This document shows, in pieces, positions 1 to 8,039 of a DNA stretch of 24,883 nt. The notes under the pieces are model-generated. The model had not been told where the DNA came from. It saw nothing but the letters and a program-made list of their open reading frames with translations, and did no database searches. The DNA comes from a virus: IMG/VR virus record IMGVR_UViG_3300008050_000019; one strand, 5' to 3'. The translations under genes and the position numbers were made by a program. Each line of letters opens with the position of its first letter. Position 1 is the first letter of the stretch.

Positions 1-238
1 TCATCATCCTCTTCCTCATCTTTATCACCAGGAGCTTCACGTAAGATAGATTCTGCAAAACTCATTGTTTCATCATCACCAAGCTCTTCGCTGCCCCCAG
101 ATTCTTGATCGATGCAATCAGTTTCGAATCTAAGCAAAATTGCGTCAACCTGATCATCAAGTGAATCTTTTGACAACCGAATCTCTTCATTCAATAAAGT
201 TTCAAAAATAAGCTTTCTTAAAATAGTGATTTTGTTCA
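1..238 (-). CDS. Hypothetical acidic protein (3'-truncated by the window edge). ATG at 238..236 overlaps the stop of the next gene. N-term reads MNKITILRKLIFETLLNEEIRLSKDSLDDQVD...
   Basis: Open minus-strand frame running off the window start. The start codon sits 1 nt from the TAA of 239..919 (coupled arrangement). It is absent from the ORF track only because no stop falls inside the window. Confidence 0.45.
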
Positions 239-919
239 TTATTTAACTACCTGTGCTATCATTTCAGCGCGTTGGACGCGCTCTTCAATAACATCCCACC
301 TTAATTCACGCATCATGTTCTCTATATAACCGTTCTTGTTGTCGAGATAGTCTTTGTAATATGAATGTGCCCAAACATCTAATACTACGATCGGAAAGCA
401 CCCTACGGGAATATGTTTACTATCACCATCAATCATAACATTGATGTATCTCCTAAGAAATGTATCATAAACTGTTACTGCCCAACCTTCGTCTGCTGAG
501 GCAGCGCATGCCATAAAGTCCCACTGCCAATCATCGAATGTGCCGAAACTAGCTGCCAGCTTCATGTATGTGATTGAATCGTATGAAATTTCACTTCTAA
601 TGTCACTTATGTTAGAGAAATACATTTCATGCAGCATAACAGAATTTCTATGTCTCATTTCTAGTGCTTTTAACGTTCGAAACTCAGACATGTTATGGTT
701 GGCAGCTTCTCTATCAGCAGTGTCAAGTTCAGCACTAACTTCATTTAAAGCCTGTATCCGCTCTTTATATAACTTAATATGCGTCTGCTTAGTTTTTGCG
801 CTTAGCAACTCTGTATTTAGATCATATGACTTTTCTGACGCGACATACGATTCACTTAAAGGCTTATCAATCTTTAGGTCTTTTTTAATGCCTGCTAATA
901 TATCTTTTCTTGTTACCAT
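239..919 (-). CDS. Fe/Mn superoxide dismutase-like protein
   Basis: C-terminal LDVWAHSYYKDYLDNKNGYIENMMRELRWDV matches the SOD DVWEHAYYLDY..RP.Y...W..V.W motif, including the Asp/His metal ligands. KLAASFGTFDDWQWDFMACAASADEGWAVTV matches SOD AASFGSFADFK..F...A...FGSGW.WLV. ANHNMSEF matches the NH..FW His-ligand region. The N-terminal HH..HH motif is degenerate (single His). Confidence 0.55.
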   Translation of the reverse strand: MVTRKDILAGIKKDLKIDKPLSESYVASEKSYDLNTELLSAKTKQTHIKLYKERIQALNEVSAELDTADREAANHNMSEFRTLKALEMRHRNSVMLHEMYFSNISDIRSEISYDSITYMKLAASFGTFDDWQWDFMACAASADEGWAVTVYDTFLRRYINVMIDGDSKHIPVGCFPIVVLDVWAHSYYKDYLDNKNGYIENMMRELRWDVIEERVQRAEMIAQVVK

Positions 920-928
920 CTGTTATCC

Positions 929-1207
929 TTAGTCTAGCTCGTAGTCTTCTTCAAAATCTTTGTCACTTACTGGGAATAATTTATTCTCTGGTGTTCTAAG
1001 GATAATTGAGTCAGGTTTGATAGAGTCGACAGTATAGAGAAGTTGCGAACCCTTATGTCTTACCTTCGTGTCAACGCCGATTAAACCTTTTCGCTCAGAC
1101 GGGTCATGTTTTAGGAACTCAAAAAGGCCACGTTCAAGGTTAGCTGCCTTCTTATTCCAGCCTTCACGTATAGCTCTGATGGCGTCTTCTTCAGTTAATT
1201 TTGTCAT
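929..1207 (-). CDS. Hypothetical protein (92 aa)
   Basis: ATG-initiated ORF on the same strand as its neighbours. It lies close to the flanking genes. No recognisable motif. Confidence 0.45.
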   Translation of the reverse strand: MTKLTEEDAIRAIREGWNKKAANLERGLFEFLKHDPSERKGLIGVDTKVRHKGSQLLYTVDSIKPDSIILRTPENKLFPVSDKDFEEDYELD

Positions 1208-1264
1208 AGTCCTAATCTTAATTATTGTAGTAAGAAAAGTAAAGCCAAAATTATGGCTATGTCA

Positions 1265-1846
1265 TTAAAGTTTATAATTCGTACGTTTCTGCCATTCTCT
1301 AAATTCACTTCCCTCTATTGTGCTTGGGATAGTATAAATTCCGTGGATGTTCTCTAGTAATGATTGAGGTAAAATATTTAGTTTCTGTGCGGTCCCCGGT
1401 ATAAAGATAGGCTCTAAATTATCTGGGCCATAAATTCTATCAATAAAAGGGCGAATTGACATCGGTGCACTTTCTCTAATTAACTCGCCCATAGAAAAAC
1501 ATTCATCAACAGATAGTTTTCTATCAGTAGAAACGTACATATGTATATTTCCTGTGGCTGACTTTATCGCAGCATAGCTGCCGCCAGTAATAGGAAATGC
1601 TTCTGATTGCTCCCATAATTTAAAAGCTTTATAATTAGGCGTGTCAATATCAACCCACATTATATTTTTCTTTCCGGCATGTTCTAATAGCTCGCATGCT
1701 GGGACGCCTGTTAAAATGCCTTTTGCTGAACATTCTTGTAGGAATTCGAATTTTTCGTCAAGTGAAGAAAAAGAAATGTTATGTGTTTTTGCTCTTTCTT
1801 TTGAACCATCAGGCAAAAGCTTAGAATATATAAACCCGTATGTCAT
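1265..1846 (-). CDS. Hypothetical protein (193 aa)
   Basis: ORF overlaps the upstream gene's stop by 4 nt (ATGA). No recognisable motif. Confidence 0.5.
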   Translation of the reverse strand: MTYGFIYSKLLPDGSKERAKTHNISFSSLDEKFEFLQECSAKGILTGVPACELLEHAGKKNIMWVDIDTPNYKAFKLWEQSEAFPITGGSYAAIKSATGNIHMYVSTDRKLSVDECFSMGELIRESAPMSIRPFIDRIYGPDNLEPIFIPGTAQKLNILPQSLLENIHGIYTIPSTIEGSEFREWQKRTNYKL

Positions 1847-3633
1847 TTTAATACCTTATCAATCTCTGATGTCCAGCCCTTTCTATCATTTGGCCATGCC
1901 TTCTTTAAATGACGAACAGACGGGATCGCAATCCTGAACTGTTTTGCTTCATCAATGAAATCATCTTCACCTTTCCATTGCTTTCTGTCGCCCATTCTTG
2001 TTGCACTCCAGGGAGTGCTAATGAGGTCTTCGTCACCTGGGTCTACGTTGGATATATAATTGTCATCATCTGGTGGTTGGAAACTATCATCATACTCATC
2101 ATCCTCCACAGGCCGTAATTCCTCAGGAACGTCCTTATATAATTCAGGAAACTCAGCTCGATGCCATGTATGGTCAACATCACTGCTTATTTGTCTTGTT
2201 GCTTCATCCCATCCACCGGTTCCGTGACCTGCTAATTTTTCGAATGCTGCAGATTTCAACTCAAGAGCGTCTGCTGCTGTATCACTCATGCTACCGTAAT
2301 TCATGCCATTTGGGCCGTTGGCGAAGTCTTTTGTAGCATCAGCGAGAATATTCTCTAATTTAGAAATCTCTGCTTTTTTCATCGTAGGGTCAAGCTTAAA
2401 AGCAATTTCTTTTGATTTTTTGAAGCGATCATATAAGGCAGCTTTTGAAGCAGCATATATAAGCTCTCCTGCGATTGTCGACGCAAGTGCTTTAGCACCT
2501 GGGCTTGTTATAGCAACCGAAGCTGGTTTCATTGCTGCCTTTGCTACACCTGCCAATTTTGCTGGATTTGCTGTCGCTGCAGTGCCCATGGCTGCAGCCA
2601 TACTTTTCAAGAAGCTTCTTCTTGTCGTGCCCTTGGCTTCATCAATGAAATCATCTTCACCTTTCCATTGCTTTCTGTCGCCCATTCTTGTCGCACTCCA
2701 GGGTGTGTCTGTGATGTCTTCGTCACCTGGATCTGTGCTGTGATGATTGTCGGTAGCTTTATCAGCTTGTTGATCATTACGCTCAGTTTCTTTTTCAAAA
2801 TCTTCTGGAAATTCTTCTTTGTACCATTCCCGATTTGCGTCATCAGATATTTTTGCCGCCTGATCAGTCCACGCAGGGGTGCCAAAGCCTGATAAATTGT
2901 CGAATAACTCCATATTGGCATCGAAGGCATCCAACACTTCATCACTATGTAATCCCTCAATACCACCTTCAGGAAAACTCTTCATAGTGTCATTTAGAGC
3001 ATTTTCCAGTTTAGCAACCTCTGCTTTTCTCATCTTAGGATCCAATACACCAATGTGCTTTTTCATTTTGGCCCAGCGATTGTACACCTCAGCTTTCGAC
3101 CAAGCATAACCAAGTTCATTTGCTACAAAGAATGAAAGAGCCCTAGCGCCTGGACTTGTTATCGTTGTTGCCGCAGGCGTCATCGCAGTCTTAGCTACAC
3201 CTGCCAATTTTGCTGGATTTGCTGTCGCTGCAGTGCCCATGGCTGCAGCCATGGACTTTAAGAAGCTTCTTCTTGTTGTGCCTTTTGCTTCGGTGATATT
3301 TTGTGTTTTAAACAAATCACTGTATGTTTGGCCCTCAGATAAACCAAATAAATAACGAAGCAATAATTTCGCTTCCACACTTTCAGGAATTATTGCGTGA
3401 CTATAGGGAAAATCAACACCCACTTCAAGTAGCCCATGGGGAGGTAGAAACCTTCTATCATTGATTGATTCTTCAAGTGAATTTTGTGATTTAACTGTCC
3501 AGTGAAGAGGGTGATAAACCAAGACATCGTAAGTGCCCTCTACAATTTTGAAGCCTTTATCTCTAATTCTTTTGTGTGTTTGCTTATCAGCATCTTTACC
3601 TAAAAAGAATGCTATGGGAGAATCATATTGCAT
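1843..3633 (-). CDS. Large internally duplicated protein (596 aa). Each of the two ~220-aa repeat units begins with a twin-arginine (Tat)-like motif TTRRSFLKSMAAAMGTAATANPA and ends with PWSATRMGDRKQWKGEDDFIDEAK.
   Basis: Long ATG-initiated ORF. The two protein repeat units show mosaic nucleotide conservation (see the repeat features). The N-terminal ~135-aa unique domain has no recognisable family. Confidence 0.6.
   Translation of the reverse strand: MQYDSPIAFFLGKDADKQTHKRIRDKGFKIVEGTYDVLVYHPLHWTVKSQNSLEESINDRRFLPPHGLLEVGVDFPYSHAIIPESVEAKLLLRYLFGLSEGQTYSDLFKTQNITEAKGTTRRSFLKSMAAAMGTAATANPAKLAGVAKTAMTPAATTITSPGARALSFFVANELGYAWSKAEVYNRWAKMKKHIGVLDPKMRKAEVAKLENALNDTMKSFPEGGIEGLHSDEVLDAFDANMELFDNLSGFGTPAWTDQAAKISDDANREWYKEEFPEDFEKETERNDQQADKATDNHHSTDPGDEDITDTPWSATRMGDRKQWKGEDDFIDEAKGTTRRSFLKSMAAAMGTAATANPAKLAGVAKAAMKPASVAITSPGAKALASTIAGELIYAASKAALYDRFKKSKEIAFKLDPTMKKAEISKLENILADATKDFANGPNGMNYGSMSDTAADALELKSAAFEKLAGHGTGGWDEATRQISSDVDHTWHRAEFPELYKDVPEELRPVEDDEYDDSFQPPDDDNYISNVDPGDEDLISTPWSATRMGDRKQWKGEDDFIDEAKQFRIAIPSVRHLKKAWPNDRKGWTSEIDKVLK
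1945..2039. repeat. Intragenic direct repeat R1, copy A (~95 nt). Nearly identical to 2636..2730. Encodes PWSATRMGDRKQWKGEDDFIDEAK on the minus strand.
   Basis: Direct nucleotide comparison: gcttcatcaatgaaatcatcttcacctttccattgctttctgtcgcccattcttgt(t/c)gcactccaggg... is shared with only a few substitutions. Confidence 0.8.
2543..2640. repeat. Intragenic direct repeat R2, copy A (~98 nt). Nearly identical to 3194..3290. Encodes the Tat-like segment GTTRRSFLKSMAAAMGTAATANPAKLAGVA.
   Basis: gctacacctgccaattttgctggatttgctgtcgctgcagtgcccatggctgcagccat...gaagcttcttcttgt.gtgcc is shared with about 6 mismatches, synonymous sites included. Confidence 0.8.
2636..2730. repeat. Intragenic direct repeat R1, copy B. 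Abuts R2 copy A.
   Basis: Near-identical to 1945..2039. Confidence 0.8.
3194..3290. repeat. Intragenic direct repeat R2, copy B
   Basis: Near-identical to 2543..2640. Confidence 0.8.
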
Positions 3634-3666
3634 TATCTATTATATATAATCCCCTCTCTTTTTTAT

Positions 3667-3933
3667 TCATTTGTACAATAATAAAGTCTCCTTGATACGA
3701 GACTCCCTCGTCCTCACGTAGGGTAAAGCATTCATTAAAAAAATCCCGGTCAAGGGTAATAATTGTACTGCTGCCACCGTCGAAGGTAACCTCTTTGCAA
3801 CAATTAACACTTCTGTTGCGACGTTTTTAGGCCAATCTATTATAAGATCTCTACGCAAAATCATGTCGCCTTCGCACAATTGCGAAAACTTATTTTTAAA
3901 GAAGTTTTCTTGCGTGATAAAGTATCTATTCAT
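3667..3933 (-). CDS. Hypothetical small protein (88 aa)
   Basis: ATG at 3933 overlaps the dCMP deaminase stop by 8 nt (ATGAATAG), so it looks translationally coupled. It fills an otherwise 290-nt gap. No motif. The region is locally GC-richer. Confidence 0.3.
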   Translation of the reverse strand: MNRYFITQENFFKNKFSQLCEGDMILRRDLIIDWPKNVATEVLIVAKRLPSTVAAVQLLPLTGIFLMNALPYVRTRESRIKETLLLYK

Positions 3934-4321
3934 TTGTTTTAAACTTTCTTACAAAGATACCAGCAGCCTCTAGTCTATCAATACCATCCGTAATTCTGTA
4001 TTCGACATCATAAACAACTTCATCAATCTCTGCATTTATAATTTTCTTTGCACATTGATCACATGGACTGACTGTAAGATACATAATCTTCTCTTTATGA
4101 CTAGAAAAATCGCATTTGATTAGTGCATTCTCCTCAGCGTGTATTGTGCCGCTCTTGCCAGGTTCATCAGATTCGACCATGTTTGTTCCGCCCTTCTGAT
4201 CACCATTGTATCCAACTGCTAAGACTTGTGAATTATCGCCAGTAACGATAACACACCCAACCTTTGTTCTTGGATCAATTGATCTACTTGCCAAAAGACG
4301 AGCTGTCGACATCCAGATCAT
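3926..4321 (-). CDS. dCMP deaminase (zinc-dependent cytidine/deoxycytidylate deaminase family). Start placed at the internal ATG (M73 of the track ORF).
   Basis: HAEENAL and SPCDQCAKKI zinc-binding motifs (H[AC]E...PC..C). N-term RPSWDMIWMSTARLLASRS matches the canonical dCMP deaminase N-terminus. The longer track ORF (to 4537) would overlap the DHH gene by 250 nt, so an internal start at 4321 (or 4312) is preferred. Confidence 0.7.
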   Translation of the reverse strand: MIWMSTARLLASRSIDPRTKVGCVIVTGDNSQVLAVGYNGDQKGGTNMVESDEPGKSGTIHAEENALIKCDFSSHKEKIMYLTVSPCDQCAKKIINAEIDEVVYDVEYRITDGIDRLEAAGIFVRKFKTNE

Positions 4322-5222
4322 ATCCCAACTCGGACGAGCCGGTAAGTTGCTGTGCTCCTGAATCCTTAGTTTCAATTCGGAGGGTTTTAATTTGCTTTTT
4401 AAACAAGTCTTCGATGTTTCCTGAGTATTCAAAGCCTGCGATCTCCGCATGCCCTCCGCCTCCGAATCGCTTAGCGATCGAACCGCAGTCAATATGATCG
4501 TGGAAAGATCGTAAGCTAACTTTCGCATATTTCTCATTATGATCCCAATACCACACTATTGCATAATCGCAATCAGGCGCTAATCTCATGCCGACCTCAG
4601 ATATCCACTGAGTCGAGTTAACAACAAGAACACAATGCTCTTGCAGCTTACGCTTAACTGCCTTTGAGCATACTTTATCAATAGCAGCATCTGCGTAAGG
4701 TAAAATGTGTGAACCCTTTCTAATACAATCATCTACAACAGATGCATTCATCATTCTGTCATACGCTGGAAATTCTAGCGGGATCATATCAAAGGCTGTC
4801 GAGAATTCTTTTGAGTATTCCATATAGGGTTTCCAGCCCATATCTCTGTTTTCTATGAACTGCAGAAACCTTGGCGCAGGTATCCCTCGATGAAAATATT
4901 CCCATGCTAAAATTGCTCCGCTGTTGCCCAACTGAAACCAGTCTGGTTTAGCTATTCCATCTAGCATCATCATTGCTGACTTGTGGTGATCTCTCATTTC
5001 GAAATCTTCGGCAGTCGCAATTAAATGTTTTGTTATTTTTTTGTCATATGCAAAATCAAGAACGACGACACGCTTACCAGTCACGTCAGGTGGCGCTTTT
5101 CCATGAAAGGCTGCATGATATTCAGCCTTATTGCCAAGGACTTTCCATGCTGCCCATGCTGCGCCAAAACCATCAGAACAATTTCCATGATAAATAACGC
5201 AGTTGACAGATTTAGGGTCCAT
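4284..5222 (-). CDS. DHH-DHHA1 family phosphoesterase (NrnA/RecJ-like)
   Basis: Motif I YHGNCSDGFGAAWAAW (H.N.D.D..GA). DHH motif in FEMRDHHKSAM. DHHA1 GGGH motif in RFGGGGHAEIAGF. Confidence 0.65.
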   Translation of the reverse strand: MDPKSVNCVIYHGNCSDGFGAAWAAWKVLGNKAEYHAAFHGKAPPDVTGKRVVVLDFAYDKKITKHLIATAEDFEMRDHHKSAMMMLDGIAKPDWFQLGNSGAILAWEYFHRGIPAPRFLQFIENRDMGWKPYMEYSKEFSTAFDMIPLEFPAYDRMMNASVVDDCIRKGSHILPYADAAIDKVCSKAVKRKLQEHCVLVVNSTQWISEVGMRLAPDCDYAIVWYWDHNEKYAKVSLRSFHDHIDCGSIAKRFGGGGHAEIAGFEYSGNIEDLFKKQIKTLRIETKDSGAQQLTGSSELGYDLDVDSSSFGK

Positions 5223-5223
5223 A

Positions 5224-5805
5224 TTAGCCTACCTTCTTTAACAAGCCATTGACTGCTGTAATGTTACGCTTCCACATTTCATGATTTTTTTGCCAAGGGC
5301 TTGATTTAGTAGCTTTAATATCGGCATCAATCTCGTCCTTATAGTGTATATTCCTTGCATAGAATGCATCTGCAATCTCACGCTCAAGACCAAACTCTTT
5401 TTTAACGAATTGCGCAAAGCACATCATATTCACTCTGCGATAACTATCGCGAGCCTCTTGCCGCCACTTTTCGACTGTGTCAAGATACTCAGCCATTCTA
5501 TCTCTATTATAATGTGTGACAGTAACAGGTAGCTCAGTATCATTACACAATGCATCTTCAATAGACAACGTATGAATTATAACTTTTTCTCCGGCGGTAG
5601 TGATTTCAGCTCCAGTAACGTTGTAACATGCTTTGGAGTCATCTCTTTTTAAACGCTCATATGGGCCGTCATAATAGCCGTACTCATGTTGAACGAAGTA
5701 TATATCTGCCCCATTACAGTTACAATCTAGCTCACCTGATGGGTCTGCTTCTTGAAGTTGCTTATAAGCTCTTTTGTCTTCATCTAAAACCAATTCTTTT
5801 GCCAC
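5224..5805 (-). CDS. Hypothetical protein (193 aa)
   Basis: ORF tightly packed between the DHH gene and the endolysin. Cys pair CNCNG near the N-terminus. No family recognised. Confidence 0.5.
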   Translation of the reverse strand: MAKELVLDEDKRAYKQLQEADPSGELDCNCNGADIYFVQHEYGYYDGPYERLKRDDSKACYNVTGAEITTAGEKVIIHTLSIEDALCNDTELPVTVTHYNRDRMAEYLDTVEKWRQEARDSYRRVNMMCFAQFVKKEFGLEREIADAFYARNIHYKDEIDADIKATKSSPWQKNHEMWKRNITAVNGLLKKVG

Positions 5806-6632
5806 TTGACACCATTACGTTTCCATAACGGATATGATTTTAATTTTTTCAATTTATATGATTTTATCAATTCTGAGCCGAAAGTTACACCCTTTTTTAA
5901 GACATCTTCATTTTGGAAATGCCACCACTCTGCTGCCAGCGTATTTCCTTTCGAGAAAAATGACTTTCTTGCGCGGATACTCTTCCAGCCATTTTCTGCC
6001 ATAAGCTCAGTGATGTTAATATAATTTCCTGCAACGGAGATTTTTTTGTGTTCATAGGTGTACGCCTCCAGCTCTAAATATGTGCCTATAGGGTAATCAA
6101 CCCTAGCGTATACAGTCCACCTCCGGTGATCCTCGAGACTCTGGACAACAACATAAGGATCATTGTAAGGATCAACCATACCTGATTTTGTATGAAGATC
6201 ATGAGCAAGACCAAGATAATGAAGGCTCGTTTTACTTCTATTTTTGCCTACTGATGCACTTAGAAGTCTCCTTCCGCCATGAGATGTAAATAGCGCGCCT
6301 GCGCTCTGGATCGTGTCTCTTACTTTTGCTAATGAAGAAACTGCATCTTCCCTTATCCAGGTTTGATTTGCTCCAGATACTATTCCGCCAAGAACAAAAT
6401 CGTCGCATACAATTTTTTTGAACTTTAGCTTCTTCGAACTGGCCGGAGATTTACGTAATGCTCTAATAGTTAATGAACCAACAATACCATCAGCAACAAG
6501 CTTGTGCTTTCTTTGAAAGGCTCGAACTGCTGACTTTGTCGTAGGCCCCATTTGGTCGTCTAAGCGTAGCCGGTGGCCATGCTTATTCAACAATAATTGA
6601 ATCTCTCTTGTCTTCATTTTTCTACCAACCAT
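5784..6632 (-). CDS. Endolysin: N-terminal peptidoglycan-binding domain plus C-terminal M15 (VanY-like) zinc peptidase
   Basis: PG_binding_1-like LQ..LN..G..L..DG..G..T..AVRAFQ....L..DGIVG..T. M15 zinc-ligand motifs SLHYLGLAHDL (S.H..G.A.D) and AAEWWHFQ (EWWHF). Confidence 0.7.
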   Translation of the reverse strand: MVGRKMKTREIQLLLNKHGHRLRLDDQMGPTTKSAVRAFQRKHKLVADGIVGSLTIRALRKSPASSKKLKFKKIVCDDFVLGGIVSGANQTWIREDAVSSLAKVRDTIQSAGALFTSHGGRRLLSASVGKNRSKTSLHYLGLAHDLHTKSGMVDPYNDPYVVVQSLEDHRRWTVYARVDYPIGTYLELEAYTYEHKKISVAGNYINITELMAENGWKSIRARKSFFSKGNTLAAEWWHFQNEDVLKKGVTFGSELIKSYKLKKLKSYPLWKRNGVKWQKNWF

Positions 6633-7477
6633 TTAGTAAATTTAAAAGGCTCAGGTATGACAGAAAAATCAAGTTTCCTTAAAAACCTGACCTCATTTGG
6701 ACCTGATATCTTTGGACAATTTTCTACCACATAGACAGATTTTTTGTGTCTATGCAAAGGCCTTTCCTTAGTATCTCTTTCGATAAGCCTCTTTCCAGTA
6801 AGTTTTTGCAGCATATCAAAATGACGCTCGTAGACGTGAAATGAATCTGCTATATGAAAATAATCACCATACTCTAAACTTGGATAATACTCATGCAGTG
6901 CACATAACATCATTTCATGGATTATGCTGAATGTTGGAGCGTCATTGCCCATTCCGAAAATAGCATCTTGACTCCGCATATGAACAGACATATTCAGCTT
7001 GTTTTCTCTAATCCTGAAGTTCATTGAGTATGTACAAGGAACGTCCTTAGTTTCAGAAAAGAGATGCTTTTTATTTAACAAGACGATGCTTGCACGTCTT
7101 GAATCCCTATCACTCTTAAGTAAATTTAAAACATTATCAAACTGGTTTGTTTTCCCGAAAATGTATTGCCCATAATTCGAATTAATTGTACCATCATCAT
7201 TAACGATGTCACCCCAAATTTTTGCACTATCGATGATGCTTAAATCTCGTTTATCGCCCTTTAAATACCATTGCAGTTCCGTCTTAATATACTTAAGGCT
7301 GAGCTTTCTGTGCTCGAAGTTTTGAAACCTAACCCATGGGGGAAGTGTATAAGAATAGTTCTCTATTTCTAATACCTTCTGGCCTCGTGGTGAACAATAT
7401 TTTCCGTTCTTGTGAAGATCTTTGAAAATCTTTCTAAATGGTTTGCTGTGATAATTCTCTTCTTTTATTTTATTCAT
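6614..7477 (-). CDS. Thymidylate synthase-family enzyme, predicted deoxycytidylate 5-hydroxymethylase (Asp at the dUMP/dCMP specificity position)
   Basis: VPCTYSMNFRIRENKLNMSVHMRSQDAIFGMGNDAPTFSIIHEMM aligns without gaps to ThyA [41 protein letters not shown]. The catalytic Cys and Asp169 are conserved. Asn177 is replaced by Asp, exactly 31 residues after the Cys. Confidence 0.65.
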   Translation of the reverse strand: MNKIKEENYHSKPFRKIFKDLHKNGKYCSPRGQKVLEIENYSYTLPPWVRFQNFEHRKLSLKYIKTELQWYLKGDKRDLSIIDSAKIWGDIVNDDGTINSNYGQYIFGKTNQFDNVLNLLKSDRDSRRASIVLLNKKHLFSETKDVPCTYSMNFRIRENKLNMSVHMRSQDAIFGMGNDAPTFSIIHEMMLCALHEYYPSLEYGDYFHIADSFHVYERHFDMLQKLTGKRLIERDTKERPLHRHKKSVYVVENCPKISGPNEVRFLRKLDFSVIPEPFKFTKWLVEK

Positions 7478-8007
7478 TAATCTTCGCTGCCTTCTAAAAA
7501 TGGCATAATTTCGCTCAATTCTCTTTCTAGATCTTCATCGTCGACGTTAATTCTTTTAGTTTCACATGACGTCCAGGACTCAAAATCCGTATATAAACCA
7601 TCAAGCTTGACAAGCATTTCTTTATCAATTTCTTCGAATTGATCGGGACTGCATAATGCGTAGTCTTTCCTAGTGGGAATAATAATCTTTGCGCCGATTC
7701 CAGCATAGAGCCCATCAACCATGCGTAGAATATCTAGGTTTGTTTCCCTATTAAATGCTTGGCTATAGACCCACTCAGATGGGAATGAGCGATCTAAGAT
7801 TATTGATGCCTTTGTTTGCTGCAAGTAGCTTATAAAATATGGATCAGCATACTTTAATGCTTTCACAAAATAACCAGGATCAGCTTTAAAAAACTTTGAC
7901 TCTCTCTTATTCTTAAAATAGGGAATATCCAGCCTTTTTGATAGTTCTTGTGCGATGTTTGATTTACCGCATCTATCTGGGCCTTCGAATATTATTATAC
8001 GCTGCAT
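7477..8007 (-). CDS. dNMP kinase, thymidylate kinase-like (candidate 5-hm-dNMP kinase)
   Basis: P-loop FEGPDRCGKS. DRS(F) motif corresponding to the TMPK DRY motif. Start overlaps the hydroxymethylase stop (ATGA coupling). Confidence 0.6.
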   Translation of the reverse strand: MQRIIIFEGPDRCGKSNIAQELSKRLDIPYFKNKRESKFFKADPGYFVKALKYADPYFISYLQQTKASIILDRSFPSEWVYSQAFNRETNLDILRMVDGLYAGIGAKIIIPTRKDYALCSPDQFEEIDKEMLVKLDGLYTDFESWTSCETKRINVDDEDLERELSEIMPFLEGSED

Positions 8008-8039
8008 AAAGAATTATACACTATAATGTAATAAGTTAT

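Noticed and set aside
540-3109. Plus-strand ORFs (540..932, 1068..1268, 1641..1937, 1909..2118, 2073..2336, 2303..2743, 2668..2892, 2879..3109) and all other plus-strand ORFs in the track
   Set aside because: Each lies antisense to a longer minus-strand ORF with recognisable domains or coupling. They have low-complexity, hydrophobic, shadow-frame compositions and no motif. Every supported gene in the window is on the minus strand.
1945-3290. Diversity-generating retroelement (TR/VR) interpretation of the near-identical intragenic repeats
   Set aside because: No reverse transcriptase gene is present in the window, and the mismatches between copies are not adenine-specific.
3700-3800. Possible tRNA or structured RNA in the locally GC-rich stretch between the deaminase and the large repeat protein
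   Set aside because: I could not fold a cloverleaf. There is no GTTCRANYC T-loop and no anticodon stem. A weak ccc/ggg hairpin plus T-run (minus strand, ~3745-3770) is at best a marginal terminator.
4322-4537. N-terminal 72-codon extension of the dCMP deaminase ORF
   Set aside because: It would overlap the well-supported DHH phosphoesterase gene by 250 nt. The deaminase domain begins at the internal MIWMSTARL Met, which matches canonical dCMP deaminase N-termini.
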